The notes under the pieces: model-generated | Told to the model about the DNA's origin: nothing | What the model saw: only the letters and a program-made list of their open reading frames with translations | Database searches by the model: none | Position numbers and translations under genes: made by a program | In this document: positions 14,304 through 27,080 of the stretch, piece after piece | How the letters are laid out: each line of letters begins with the position of its first letter | How positions within the stretch are numbered: position 1 is the first letter of the stretch | Source: the human T2T-CHM13v2.0 reference genome, Homo sapiens | NCBI RefSeq assembly: GCF_009914755.1 | Contig: NC_060947.1 | Direction: 5' to 3' (one strand) | DNA: 64,000 nucleotides

Positions 14304-15258
14304 CTTAGAATGAAAAGACAAACCACAAAGAAAGAGAAATATTTGAAAATCTCATATTTGCTAAAGAATTTTTATCCAGAAAATATAAAGTACTCTCAAA
14401 CCTGTGTCAGAAGAAAATTATCAACCTAATTAAAAATGGTAAAAGAACTGTGAACAGTCATTTCAACAAAGAAGATATATGGATGAAAAACAAGCACATT
14501 AAAACGTGCACATTACTAATCATCAGGGAAATGCAAAATAAAATAACATTTAGAATACTTAAAATTAGATTGATTCTTTGTATCAAGTATTGGTGAGGAT
14601 GTGGAGCAACTGGAACTCTCTTACACTGCTGGTGGAAATGTAAAATTGAACATGTTGGAAAACAGTTGGTCAGTTTCTAATAAAGTTAAACCTACTCCTA
14701 CTACATGACCTAGTCATTCCATCCTTATTCATTTACCCAAGAGAAATGAAACTAAAAAGACTTGTGCAGACCCATTCATAGCAGTTTTATTATAGTTGAA
14801 GTCTAGGCACATCCCAAGTGTCCATCAACAGTAAAATTAATAAACAAATTGTAGCAAGCCAATTAAATAGATTTCTATTCCTCAGTAAAAAGTAATAAAC
14901 TATTGATACAGGCAGCAACATGGAGGAATATGCATATAATTATCCTGAGTGAATGAAGCCAGATACCAAACAAGCATGCATACTGTATGAATCAACTTAT
15001 ATAAAACTCCAGAGCCTGAAAACTAAGCTATTATTTCAGAAAGCCAATCGATGCTTTCTTGAGAAATGAAAATGTTCAAGAGTGAGAGTGAAGGATTACA
15101 AAGAGGCGCAAGGAAACTGTTGAGGGTCAGGATGTGTTCACTGTCTAGACTGTAGTAGTGGTTTCATGAGTGTATACATACTTCAAAACATATGTTGTGC
15201 ATTTTAAATATGTGCAGTTTACTGTATGTTAATTAAAACTTAATAAAGCTTTTAAAAA
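14304..15258 (+). mobile_element. Old L1 (L1MD/ME-like) ORF2 end and 3' UTR
   Basis: aagtattggtgaggatgtggagcaactggaactctc, and the 3' end aaatatgtgcagtttactgtatg...aataaagcttttaaaaa. Confidence 0.8.
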
Positions 15259-15406
15259 TACTTTTGTACAAATAATTATGATAGGCTACATCTTAAATGA
15301 TGTTTTCATCAACCTTACAATGTAGCCTTGTAGGAATGTCTGAATCCCTTGCAAAACAGTAGTCATTAAATGCCCGTTTCCTGTCTTGATATCATTCATG
15401 AGCTGA

Positions 15407-15485
15407 TTTTTTCTTTCCACCTCCTCCTCCTCCTCTTTCTTCTTCTTCTTCTTCTTCTTCTTCTTCTTCTTCTTCTTCTTCTTCT

Positions 15486-15520
<35 letters not shown>

Positions 15521-15628
15521 TTCCTTCCTTCCTTTTCCCCCTCCTCTTCCTCCTCCTCCTTTTCCTCCTCCTCCTCCTCCTCCTCCTCCTCCTCTTCCTT
15601 CTTCTGCTTTTACTTCTTTCTTTGTTTT
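15407..15628. repeat. Polypyrimidine compound repeat: (CCT)n, pure (TTC)24 at 15437-15508, then degenerate CCT/CTT
   Basis: Read directly. It explains the poly-L and poly-E/G ORFs at 15370 and 15392. Confidence 0.97.
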
Positions 15629-16894
15629 TAAATTGCCTAGAATGTCCTGACTCTTGTGGTAACTGCCTATGCTAGCTATGGTATACCAAAAGAAAATGCA
15701 TAAAACTTTTTGCCTGCCATCAAAAAACTTTTGGTTTCGTTGGGAAAAAAATATGAATATAAAAAAGGAAATAGTATAGTCAATACAAGACAGTACATAT
15801 TTAAGCACCAAATTTTCTGTTACAAATTATGATATTTAAGTTATGAAAAGCAAAAATCAATATATACCATAATAGATTGGGGAAATTTTACAGAGAAAAT
15901 TGGATTATCAGATATTTTATTCAAATGGTTTTCTTCCTTTTTAACCAATTTACACCTTAAAACATTTGGTTTGAAAATTATGTCCTCTACAAAGCCTTCT
16001 CTGATTAATTTCCTATCCCTTATCACCAAGTATTAATATACATTCTCTCAAGTGTGATGAACTCAGTTTTTCTCAATTTATTTGCACTGTTACATCATTA
16101 CAACTATAATTTAAAATAAATTGTGGTCAATAACCCTATTTTCCATCTTTCCTTCTCCTTGTTGCTCAATGTAGTGTTCCATGAATAATGGACGTTCAAA
16201 TAAATAGCATTATCTGGCACACATTAATTATAATACATGCCATAACGAGGGTTTATATTCACAACTTGAAGTCTGTAATTATAAACTGTTAAAGATGCCC
16301 TATTAATACAGTTACAGTGAAATCACCACCATTTGCAAATTATCTGCTGATACTTAAGTGCTAAGATCTCTTAAATTTCTTGAAGAAAATGGCATGATAT
16401 TCAGTGTAATGTGACTTGTATAAATAAGAAAATTTAAGAAAGCAAGTAAATACCTTTCTAATGACCATTGCATTACTTTTGACAATAGCTTTTATTTATT
16501 TGTATCCCAGGGCAGCTACATTTGTAACAATATTCAGGTTAGCCTTTTGTCTTACTTTCCCAAACTTTTACTTGTGTATAGGTGTGTGTGTGTGCATGCA
16601 TGCACACATGTGTGCATTCACATGCATGCCTCTGACATATAAAGGTGAAGACCATAAGATGTGAGTTCTCAAAGTTTTTAATTTGAGCTCCTATGTGTTT
16701 ATTAAAGTACCACTATCACTACTCCCTGTTGATACTCACTTTCAGTTAATAAAAAATTAAATCAGTAACAATTATTGGCTTTAATTTACAAATATGTTCT
16801 CACAATTTCTAAAGATAAATGACAACTTATCCTTACCATATGCTTTTACAAAATATTGTGTTTATTAACAGGCAACGAATTGGGTAATTTGACC

Positions 16895-17116
16895 AATCAA
16901 TCTTGAAATGTAGTTACTAAAACAGCAGCAGCAGCAGCAGCAGCAGCAATAGCAGCAGCAGCAGCAGCAGTGCAGGGAACTGGTTGGAAATACACATTCT
17001 CAGGCCCTACCCAGACCTACTGAATCCAAAACTTCAGGAATAAGCCTCAAAAATGGATGTTTCAGTAGACTGCTAGCTTATCCTGATGCATATTAAAGTT
17101 TAGAATAAAGTTGAGA
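16895..17116 (+). mobile_element. MER5A (hAT-Charlie MITE) with internal CAG expansion
   Basis: gggaactggttggaaatacacattctcaggccctacccagacctactgaatc...ctgatgcatattaaagttt matches the MER5A body. Confidence 0.8.
16923..16970. repeat. (CAG)8 CAA TAG (CAG)6 trinucleotide repeat
   Basis: Counted directly. Confidence 0.97.
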
Positions 17117-18180
17117 ATTTGGGTTAGACCCAGTGGAAACTTAACAACTTGGGTTTATGTCTAGGCATTCAGAGGGGTTACCAAATAAGAAATACTGTCA
17201 TATTAAATCCCAGGTTAGAAACTGTGAGGGTAGAAGCATTTATGCAACATGTACATGGGAGGCAACAGAAGGAATTAGTTTCATGCCCTTATTTTTGCTA
17301 AAAACTATTAGGGTTTAATGCCTACTCACACCATGAAGTGACAATAAGAACTTCAATAAGTTATGTAAAACTTTTGTGACTTAATTTTAATATCTTCAAA
17401 ATGAGCATGATGATATTGACACCTGATGAATAACGTTGTTGTGAAGTTTAAATGGCTTAATACGTATAAAGTATTTGAATTACAGGAGATTTAAATCCTA
17501 ATGTCTTGCATGAGAAGATATTTTGTTTTGTTTTTTTCTTTTTTATGGCTTGTGTAATAGAGCTGACAATTGATGCCTGTATGAGTCATAGAGTGATGAA
17601 ATTATTCCTACCTGTTCGAGGCAGCATTCTGTACTAAATAACTAATGTTTTATCAAGCGTTCAATTTCCCAAAAATTGCTTTGGAAATAATTTTCGCTGT
17701 TCAGAAATTTACTCAAAGTGAATTTCCTGCTATAAGCCCATGTGCAGCAACATAAGTCAAGATATTGAAAGAACTCACTTTTAGAACTTTCCTGAGGGAA
17801 GGTGGTCATAGAGCAGGTTTTATTATCTGAGTAGAGGTTGTAGACAGCCAGGACAAGTTAATTGTTTAGTTTCAGGTGACAATTTGCCTAATTTGGTTTA
17901 TATACTTTGTTCCATTCAGTCTTTGATACCAATTTAGCATATATAAATCATCTATGATATTTTTGGAAAGTAAAGTTCAATTAAGCAACACACACTTATT
18001 AACATCTTCAATGACAGAAAAACCATAAAGTATTTTATTCTCATAGAAAACCAGCAAATTATTATCAGTGTTGAAAGTTTGAGTTGGGCCTACTTTAACT
18101 TTGTGCTGTTCTAGTTTGGCTGCCTTGGAAAGTCTCCATTTGCATTTCAGGCTCTGACAATAGCATTCGCTTTCAGACTG

Positions 18181-19228
18181 TGGTTGTCTCTTAAACAACA
18201 TGGGTTTGAACTGTATGGATCCAGTTATACGTTGATTTTTTTCAATGAATACTGTAAATTTTTTTGAAATTTCTGACAATTTGGAAAAACTTACAAACTG
18301 TGTAGCCTACAAAAATTGAAATTATTAAGAAAAAGGTATGCCACGAATGCATAAAATAAATGTAGACACTAGTCTATTTTATCATTTACTACCATAAATT
18401 GTACACAAATCTTTAATAAAATATTAACATTGATCAAACTTTACACGCAGAAACACAGACCATACACAGCACCATTTGCAGTTGAGAGTGATATAATCAA
18501 ACATAAAGATGTAGTATTAAATTATAACTGCATGAGTTTAGTGTAGTAAACACTGTACTACTGTAATAATTTCATAGTCACCTCCTATTTCTATTACAGT
18601 GAGCTGAAGTGTTGCAAGTATCTCCTTTAAACTCCCTGTGATGCTAATCATCTCCAAGTGAGCAGTTCTCTCTCTAGTAAATTGTGTATTGTAGTAAAAA
18701 GTGATCTTTCAGTTCTTGTGTATATTTCATCATGTTTAGTGCAATACCATAAACCTTCAATAACACCATGGGAGCCATACGAAGTGCCAGTCGTCATGCT
18801 GGAAGTACTCCCAAAAAGCAGAGAAAAGTCATGCCATTACAGGAAAAAGTTGAATTGCTTGCCATGTGCCATAGATTAAGGTTGGCAGCTGCATTGCCCG
18901 CCATTTCATACAACTGATTCATCTTGTAAACAGACAAGATAAACTTATAGTATCGAGAAACACAATATAGTGCTCTAAATGAATCTTCTCTTCCTTATGA
19001 TTTTCTTAATAAGGTTTTCTTTTCTCTAGCTTACTTTATTATAAGAATACAGTAGGTAGTACATATAACATACAAAATGTGTTAATCGACTGTTTATGTT
19101 ATCGGTAAGGCTTTCAGTCAACAGTAGGCTATTAGTAGTTACGTTTTGGGGGAGTCAAAAGTTATATGTGGATTTTCAGGTGTAAGAAGGGCTGGTTCCC
19201 CTTACCCTTGTTGTTCAAGGGTCAACTG
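18181..19228 (+). mobile_element. Tigger2-family internally deleted DNA transposon (Tigger2b-like, about 1.05 kb)
   Basis: Degenerate left TIR tggttgtctcttaaacaac followed by atgggtttgaactg. Right TIR gttgttcaagggtcaactg followed by TA. Confidence 0.85.
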
Positions 19229-21664
19229 TATATTGCCTATCTCTCAGGGTCTAGGGTTTATAGTCAATCATTTACAGGTAAGGGAAAAAACACAATTTAC
19301 TCTATTTCTGACATTCCCAAACCCCCTTTTCCTTTTTTAGCATGAAGACAAGGAATTATTTTCCCAACATTGGATGCATGGAACCACCTTGAATCTATGT
19401 AAAATCAATTTTTTTTTTCAGAGCCCAAAGCATAGAAATAACTGCCTTCAGTTCCAAATGAACACCAAAGTTCATAATTTTAGACCTCGAGTGACTCTTC
19501 ATCCAACATGAGAGATTGCTTTTTTATTTGAGATTGCTTTTTTTATTTCATTCATGTGTAAGTAGCTTCTTAAGTTTAAATCATGCTTGCATCTATAATC
19601 AGGAATCTGAAAGTAATGTGCTCTAGGCTTTCATTCCTGAAAGCTGTCTGAAAATAAGTGAAAATCAAGGCGTTTGAAGGAAATCGAAATCTATTTATCT
19701 CGAATGGGCTTTGCATGCACAGGCATGTTTTCCAATCCATTGTTGGACTAGTAGCAACCAAATGATAACAAAAGGGTGAAAATGAACTCCTCTCTAATCT
19801 GCAAGTATCAGATCAATAACACTTCATCTGTTAATGGAGCAGGCCTGAGTTTTCCAAACAGTGTGAAAATCACACTTACAATGAGTAACAAAAAGCAACT
19901 ACTAGAAACATTGTGCAGAAAATTTCCTTAAATGTACTTTGTTGGTAAGGCTAAGACTATACTACAACAAGGTCATTAATTTCTAGCCAGTATCATATAA
20001 ATAAATACATGTACGTGTGTAGATAGATAGATATTGGGTGTGTGTGTGTTTCTAAAATATTTACAACAGTGATCACGATTTGACAGTTAATACCTACCTT
20101 TTCTATTTAATATCTAAGTTTTGCAGTAATTGATCTACTTTTATGCCGTTGGTGGTCATAGTAGCAAAGCTATAATCAATTAGAAATTCACTTTTGAGAT
20201 GTATTTTAAATGTTTGTAGATGACACCTACCACAAGAGAACAGCTATAGCAATTATCTTAGTGATTTTGTTTGTGCTCATTTTATAAATTACAAGGAAGG
20301 TATCTACCAAAATTATCAAAATAGAAAAAAATAAAAAAAGGAAGTTGTCATATAAATATGTCAAAATTACATAATAACTATTATAAGAAAATAATTTGAT
20401 TTATTCTTATGTTACATTTGACATGCATGGAAGATCCTTTTTCAAATTTAATCTGTCTGGAGGATTCACACACAAAATTATTCTGAAATAAGGTGACTTC
20501 AAGGTCATAAAATTGAATCTTGAGATATTTTCAAGATATTTCAAGATTTTCATTGTAATGCTGAAATAGTTAGCATTTATTAAAGAAAACCAGAGGTAGT
20601 CCATGTTTCTGATAACAAATATATAAAACTGTTTATTGCATATATGTGAAAAATATAGTCAAAGTCTTTCATTAATAATTGATCATTCACATTATTTCAG
20701 CCTTGTAAATTTCAAAACCCAAATCTGACAACATATGAAAACTTTTTCATTAAATTCAAGAATATATATATTTAGAATTTTTTGTTAGGGCATTTTTGAT
20801 TAAGCTGTGAATCCATTGATTTTTGCCACATATGCTGTAGTGGAAACTGTATGCTGCACAGTTACTTGACCTCAAATTCACTCAAAGTTTTCAAAGTTTC
20901 TAAATATTTCTCACACTTATGAGTCACGCAATGCATGGACAGCTTTTATCTCTTTGTAGCTGCATCTCTTTCAGTAAGAATTTTGAGCCAATTAGTTCAC
21001 AGCAAAGTGTGTAACATAAGGTTTTTTTTTAAGAAAATAGTCATAGTGTCTGAGGACTCAAACTCAGCCCTACCAAACAATTCATACAAGTTACTTTTTG
21101 ATTCGGTTCCTTACAGCGCTGTCTTCTAGTTTTATGTCTACACTGGAGGGGTTGATAGGCTCTAAATATTTGATGTCCCACTCCAAGTGACATCAGATTT
21201 CTCCAAAAATAAATGTAGATGTGAAGTATTTCTCAGCCTTCACACAGTGAATTTATACTACTTAAACTATGACATGTTTAATACATAGTAGAACCATTTG
21301 TGATCTTTATGTAGATGAAAAGTTACTGGAGATAGCCGGAACACTGAGGCTGCATATATGGCCAGTGGAATGCAATTTTCAGTTTGTCTTGTAAGGTAGG
21401 AAATTTGCATTTGTTAATTGGCAAGCTCCCACCATGATCCAAGTCCAAGATCCCAGTGCCTTGTACTGCTAACATATTGATGAATTCCACAAGTTCTCTG
21501 GAAGCATCTAGCCCTGTGGCTTGCTTATAGCAGATAAGTAATAGTGAGTTCTTGCTCCCTTTGGTAAGTTAATAGACCTCTGGTTTCTGCCAATCCATTA
21601 GTTTTTCAGAGAAAGCACTACATTGTATCCATTAGCATCACAGGAAAAAAATGCTGACATTCAT

Positions 21665-21800
21665 AGGTCATTCATTCAACACTGAATGTCCTGGATGTAC
21701 TCATTGTTCTTGGTCTTGGGATACAGAGCTGAATAAGACAAGGTCCCAGCTTGAGTAAAGTTCATAATCAATGAAGAAAGAAAGACATAATAATTTAAAT
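21665..21800 (-). mobile_element. L2 3' fragment
   Basis: cattcattcaac...tgggatacagagctgaataagacaaggtccc is typical of an antisense L2 end. Confidence 0.55.
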
Positions 21801-23130
21801 ATGTAATGCAACATGAACAAACTGTGTAATAGAGATATGTATTGATATGAGGGCCTACCTGATTACAGAGAAGAAAGTGAGTAAGTCTGTTTCAGTAATT
21901 TGAGTAGATTCCTAGGGATTAATTGGCGTAACCAGGTCTTGATTCCAGAAAGACCATCTTCAGGGTTTTCTAAAGATGTTAAATATGAATATGTGTATAA
22001 AAGACGGGGATTTACTGTGGGCAAAATGAATACTGTATCTATATCCACCACTTACAGAGTGTTTATTATGTTTAAAGATCCATACTAAGAAATGCAGATA
22101 AAGTCCCACAGCTTTTGATTAGACATATTCTTAAACTCTACATTATATTGTCCCCTCTTACATATAAATTTCCATAACTAATAAATAGAAATATCTTTGC
22201 CTATTCAGTTTGCTGAGAAGGGTAGTGAGAGGGTTGGGGGGGTGTGGGTGTTGGGGATGGTTAATGCTTTAAATATGTTTTAAAACGAAAACCCAATATT
22301 CATAAAATAAGTCATAATTCAATTTTCTAAGATCTGTTCTCATGTTTAAATCACCTTTTCAAATAAAACAATAAATTAAGCTGACAATCTTTCCACATAG
22401 AAGATTATTATTCAAATAACTGTCTTAAGTAAATGTTATATTAATTTCTTGTTTCTTAAGTAGACAGTTATTAAATTAGCTTCTGGTATTTTAGAGAGTT
22501 TAGGCTACACTCTGTATTGATTAGCTTAATCCATGTTGGGATAGCAGAGTGCAGACTTCGCAGCTGTGGACTGTCACAATGTTCCTTTTTTTAATTGAGT
22601 AATTTGAGCCTGGAGACTGAGACAAGGCTATATAAAAACAAGTACAAGCACATAATCCAATTCATGAGATTGCATACAAATAAAGTTCATTCTTTTCCAA
22701 ATGTTGGAAGCATTTCACCACATAATACTGTTTTCTGCCTTGAATTATTGTTGGATTTAGACCCCACTACCTATCACTATCTATTAGAGCAAATTATATT
22801 CACTTACTGAGACAATCACCCCTAATTTTATACAACATGACATTGGTCTTCAGGTGGCAGAAATAGAAACACACAAGCATGGAAAATGCTTGTAAATAAC
22901 CAATAGGCAATCAAATCAAGTTGTTCATTTTTATTGCTAGCAATTACTCTGCGTAAGTGGCTGGGTCATGTTGGTTGGTGTCCTGAAGCTCAGGTATCAG
23001 AGAAAATTTTAAAGTATATACCTTGCTTCTTCTCTATTTCTAACTACTGGTGGGCTGCTCAAAGCTATGCATTTGAATTTATTTACTTTTATGTGAAATT
23101 CAACATAAACTGAATAAAATATATGAAGAC

Positions 23131-26100
23131 AATATGGAAGCAAAAAAGAGCCTGAGTAGTCAAAGCCATTCTAAGCAAAAAGAACAAAACTGAAGGCATC
23201 ACCTTACCTGACTTCAAACTATACTACAAAGCTACAGTAATGAAAACAGCATGATACCCATGCAAAAATAGACATAAAGACCAATGTAACAGACTAGAGA
23301 ACCCAGAAATAAAACCACACACATACCAACATCTGATTTTTGACAAAGTGGACAAAAACAAGCCATGAATAAATAACTCCATATTCAATAAATGCTGCTA
23401 GGAAAACTGGCTATCCACATACAGAAGAATGAAATTAGACAACCATCTGTCACTGTATACACAAATTAAATAAAGATAGATTAAATACTTAAATGTAAGA
23501 CCTCAAATTATAAAAATACCGGAAGAAAATCTAGGAAATACCCTTCTTAACATTTGTCTTGGGAAAGAATTTACAACTAAGTCCTCTAAAGCAATTGCAA
23601 CCTGTATTAGCCCATTCTCGCATTGCTATAAAGAAATACCAAAGGCTGGGTAATTCACAAGGAAAAGAGATTTAATTGGCTTATGGTTCCTCTGGATATA
23701 CAGGAAGCATGATACTGGCATCTGCTCACCTTCTGGGGAGTCCTCAGGAACTTTACCATCACGGTGGAAGGCCTAAGGGGAGCAGGCACATCACATGGCC
23801 AGAGCAGGAGCAAGAGAGAAGTGCCACACTTTTAAATAGCCAGATCTGACAAGAAGTTGCTCACTATTGTGAGGACAGAATCAAGGGGATGGTGCTAAAT
23901 CATTTATGAGGGATCCAACCCCATGATCCAGTCACCTCCCACCAGGCCCCACCTCCAACACTGGGCATTACAATACAACATAAGATTTGGGTGCAGACAC
24001 TTATCCAAACTATATCATTCCACTCTTGGCCCCCTCAAATCTCATGTCCTTCTCACATTGCAAAATTCAATCATTCCTTCTCTATAGTCCCCCCAAATCT
24101 TATCTCATTTCAGCATTAACTCCAAAGTCCAAAATCCCAATTCTCATCTGGAGATGAGTTTCTTCTGCCTGTGATCCTGTAAAATCAAGCAAGTAATTTG
24201 CTTCCAAAATACAATGGAAAAACCAGCATTGGGTAAACATTCTCATTCCGAAAAAGAGAAATCGGCCAAAGAATGGAGCTACAGACCCCATACCATCAGG
24301 ACGGTCATTAAATCTTAAAAGCTACAAAATAGTCTCCTTTGACTTCATGTCCCACATCCAAGGCACAGTGGTGGGAAGGATGGGCTCCCAAGGCTTTGGG
24401 CAGCTCTGTCCCTGTGGCTTTCTGGTTTTTGGCCCCAACAGTTGGTCTCCTGGGCTGACACTGAATGCCTGCAGCTTTTCCAGGTGCACAGTATGAGCTC
24501 TCAGTGGGTGACAGTGACCCTCTTCTCACAGCTCCACTAGGCAATGCCCCAGTAGGGACTCTGTGGGGGCTCCAACCCCACATTTCTCCTCTGCACTGTT
24601 CTACTAGAGTTTCTCTGTTGAGGGCTCCATCCCTGCAGCAAGCTTCTGCTGGAGCACTCAGGCTTATTCATACATCCTCTGAAATCTAGGCAGACGATCC
24701 CAAGCCTCAAGTCTTGACTCAGTGCACCCACAGGCTTAACACCACATGGAAGCCACCAAGGCTATGACTTGCATCTTCTGAAGCAGTGGTGTGAGCTGTA
24801 TCTGAGGCCCTTAGAGCTGAGACTGGAAACAAAGCAACTGGGATGTGAGGAGTCGTGTCCCAAGGCTATGCAGGGCAGTGAGGCCCTGGTCCTGGCACAC
24901 AAAACCATTCTTTCCCCCTAGGCCTCAGGGCCTGTGATGGGAGAGGCTACCTCAAAGGTCTCTGAAATGCCTCCAAGGCCTTTTCCACATTGTCTTGGAA
25001 TCAACCCTTGGCTTTTTAGCTATACAAATCTCTGGCAAGTGGTTGCTCCACCACCTGCTTGAATTCCTCTCCCAAAAAAGCTTTTTCCTTTTCTGACACT
25101 TGGCTAATTTTTCAACATTTTATGCTCCGCCTCCCCATTAAATATAAGTTCCAACTTATTTATTCACTCCCACATCTGAATATGTGCTGTTAGGAGCAGG
25201 CACAGCACTTCTTGGACACTTGCTGCTAGAATTTTCTTCTGCCAGTTACTCTATATCATCATTCTCAAGTTCAAACTCCCACAGAACCGTAGGTCATGAA
25301 TACAGTGCAGCCAAATTCTTTGCTAAGACATAACAAAAGTGACATTGACTTCATTTCCCAATAAGGTCCTCATTTCCATCTGCGAACACGGCAGCCTGTA
25401 CTTCATTGTCCATATCACTATCAGCATTTTGATCACAACTATTTAACCAGTCTCTAAGAACTTCCAAACTTTCCTCATCTTCCTGTCTTCCTTTGAGCCC
25501 TCCCGACTCTTCAAACCTTCGCCTGCTATTCAGTTCCAATGTCACTTCCACATTTTCAGGTAGCTTTATAGAAATACCCACTCCTTGATACCAAATTTTT
25601 GTATTAGTCCATTCTCACATTTGTATAAAGAAATACCAGAGACTGGGTAATTTATCAAGAAAGGAGGTTTAATCGGCTCACAGTTCTGCAGGCTACACAG
25701 TAACCATGAGGTTGGCATCTGTTCAGCTTTTGGGGAGCCCTCAGGAAATTTACAATCATGGTTTAAGGTGAAGGGGGAGCAGGCACCTTACATGGCCAGG
25801 GCAGGAGCAAGTCAGGGGTGCCACACTTTTAAACAGCCAGATCTCATAAGAAGCCACACACTATTGCAAGGACAACACCAATAGGATGGTACTAAACCAT
25901 TCGTGAGTCGTCCGACTCCATGAGCTAATTACTCTCACCAGGCCCCACCTCCAACATTAGGCATTACAGTTCAACATGAGATTTGGGTGGGGACACATAT
26001 CCAAACTATATCACAACCAAAACCAAAATTGACAAGTGTGACCGAATTAAACTAAAGAGATTCTGCATAACAAAAGATAACTATCAACAGAATAAACAGA

Positions 26101-27080
26101 CAACCTATAGAATGGGAGAAAATATTCACAAACACAAATCCAACAATGGAGTAATATCCAGAATCTCTAAGGAACTTAAACAACTCAAGAAGCAAAAAAC
26201 ACATAACTCCACTAAAAATAGGCAAAGGACATGAACAGAAAATTCTCAAAAGAAGATATACATGTGGTCAACAAGCATCTGATAAAATACTCAACGTCAG
26301 TAGTCATCAGATAGAAGCAAATCAAAACCACAATAAAATATCATCTCACAAGAGTCAGTATAGCTTTTATGAAAAAGTTAAAAATTAATGGTTGCAGGGC
26401 TGCAGAGGAAAGGGAGTGCTTATACACAACTAGGGGGAATGTAAGTTAGTTCAGCCACCGTGGAAAGCAGTTTCAAGGATTATCAAACAAACAAACAAAC
26501 AACAAATGAAAAAAAGAAAACTACCATTCAACCTAGCAACCCCATTACTGAGTATAGACCCAAAGGAAAATAAATCATTTTACCAAAAAGACACATGCAC
26601 TCATATGTTCATTGCAGTGCTGTTCACAATGGCAAAGATGTGGAATCAACCGAGATGCCCATAAACAGTGGATTGGTTAAAGAAAATGTGGTACATATAT
26701 CCCATGGAATACTACGAATCTGTGAAAAAGGAACAAAATCATATCCTGTGCAGCAATGTGAATGCATTTCGAGGCCATTTTCCTAAGTGAACAAATACAG
26801 AAACAGAATCCAAATACTGCATGTTCTCACTTATAAGTGGGAGGTAAACATTGATGGACATAAAGATGAGAATGATAGACACTAAAGTATTCAAAAGGGG
26901 GGAGTGAGGGAGGGGTGCAAGGGTTGAAACAGTACCTATTGGGTCCTATGCTCACTAGCTGAGTGATGTGTTCATTCATACTCCAAACCTCAGCATCACA
27001 CAATATACCTTGGTAGGAAACCTGCACATGTACCACCTGAATTTAAAATAAAAATAGAAAAAAATAAACTCAAAAAAGAG
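23131..27080 (+). mobile_element. 5'-truncated L1PB-type element (ORF2 3' half plus 3' UTR), split by the MSTA provirus
   Basis: ctaagcaaaaagaacaaaactgaaggcatcac...tacctgacttcaaactatactac. ORF2 continues across the insertion (aaagcaattgcaacc|aaaaccaaaattgacaag). The 3' end is aaacctcagcatcacacaatatacc...aaacctgcacatgtacc plus an A-rich tail. Confidence 0.9.
23603..26013 (-). mobile_element. Complete MSTA (ERVL-MaLR) provirus: LTR 25600-26013, internal region 24018-25599, LTR 23603-24017
   Basis: Two direct repeats of about 415 bp bounded by tgtattag...ccaaactatatca flank about 1.58 kb of MaLR internal sequence. 5-bp TSD caacc at 23598-23602 and 26014-26018. Confidence 0.93.

Noticed and set aside
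15437-15508. Identity with the FXN or FGF14 disease GAA loci
   Set aside because: The tract is not inside an Alu (unlike FXN), and the flanks do not match what I recall of FGF14.
15370-15811. Poly-Leu and poly-Glu/Gly ORFs
   Set aside because: They are translations of the TTC/CCT microsatellite.
16923-16970. Polyglutamine coding exon
   Set aside because: It has an in-frame TAG, sits inside a MER5A, and has no surrounding ORF.
19511-19548. Short direct duplication of gagattgctttttt(t)attt; similar ones near 249-278, 10561-10594 and 55371-55394
   Set aside because: Ordinary replication-slippage micro-duplications.
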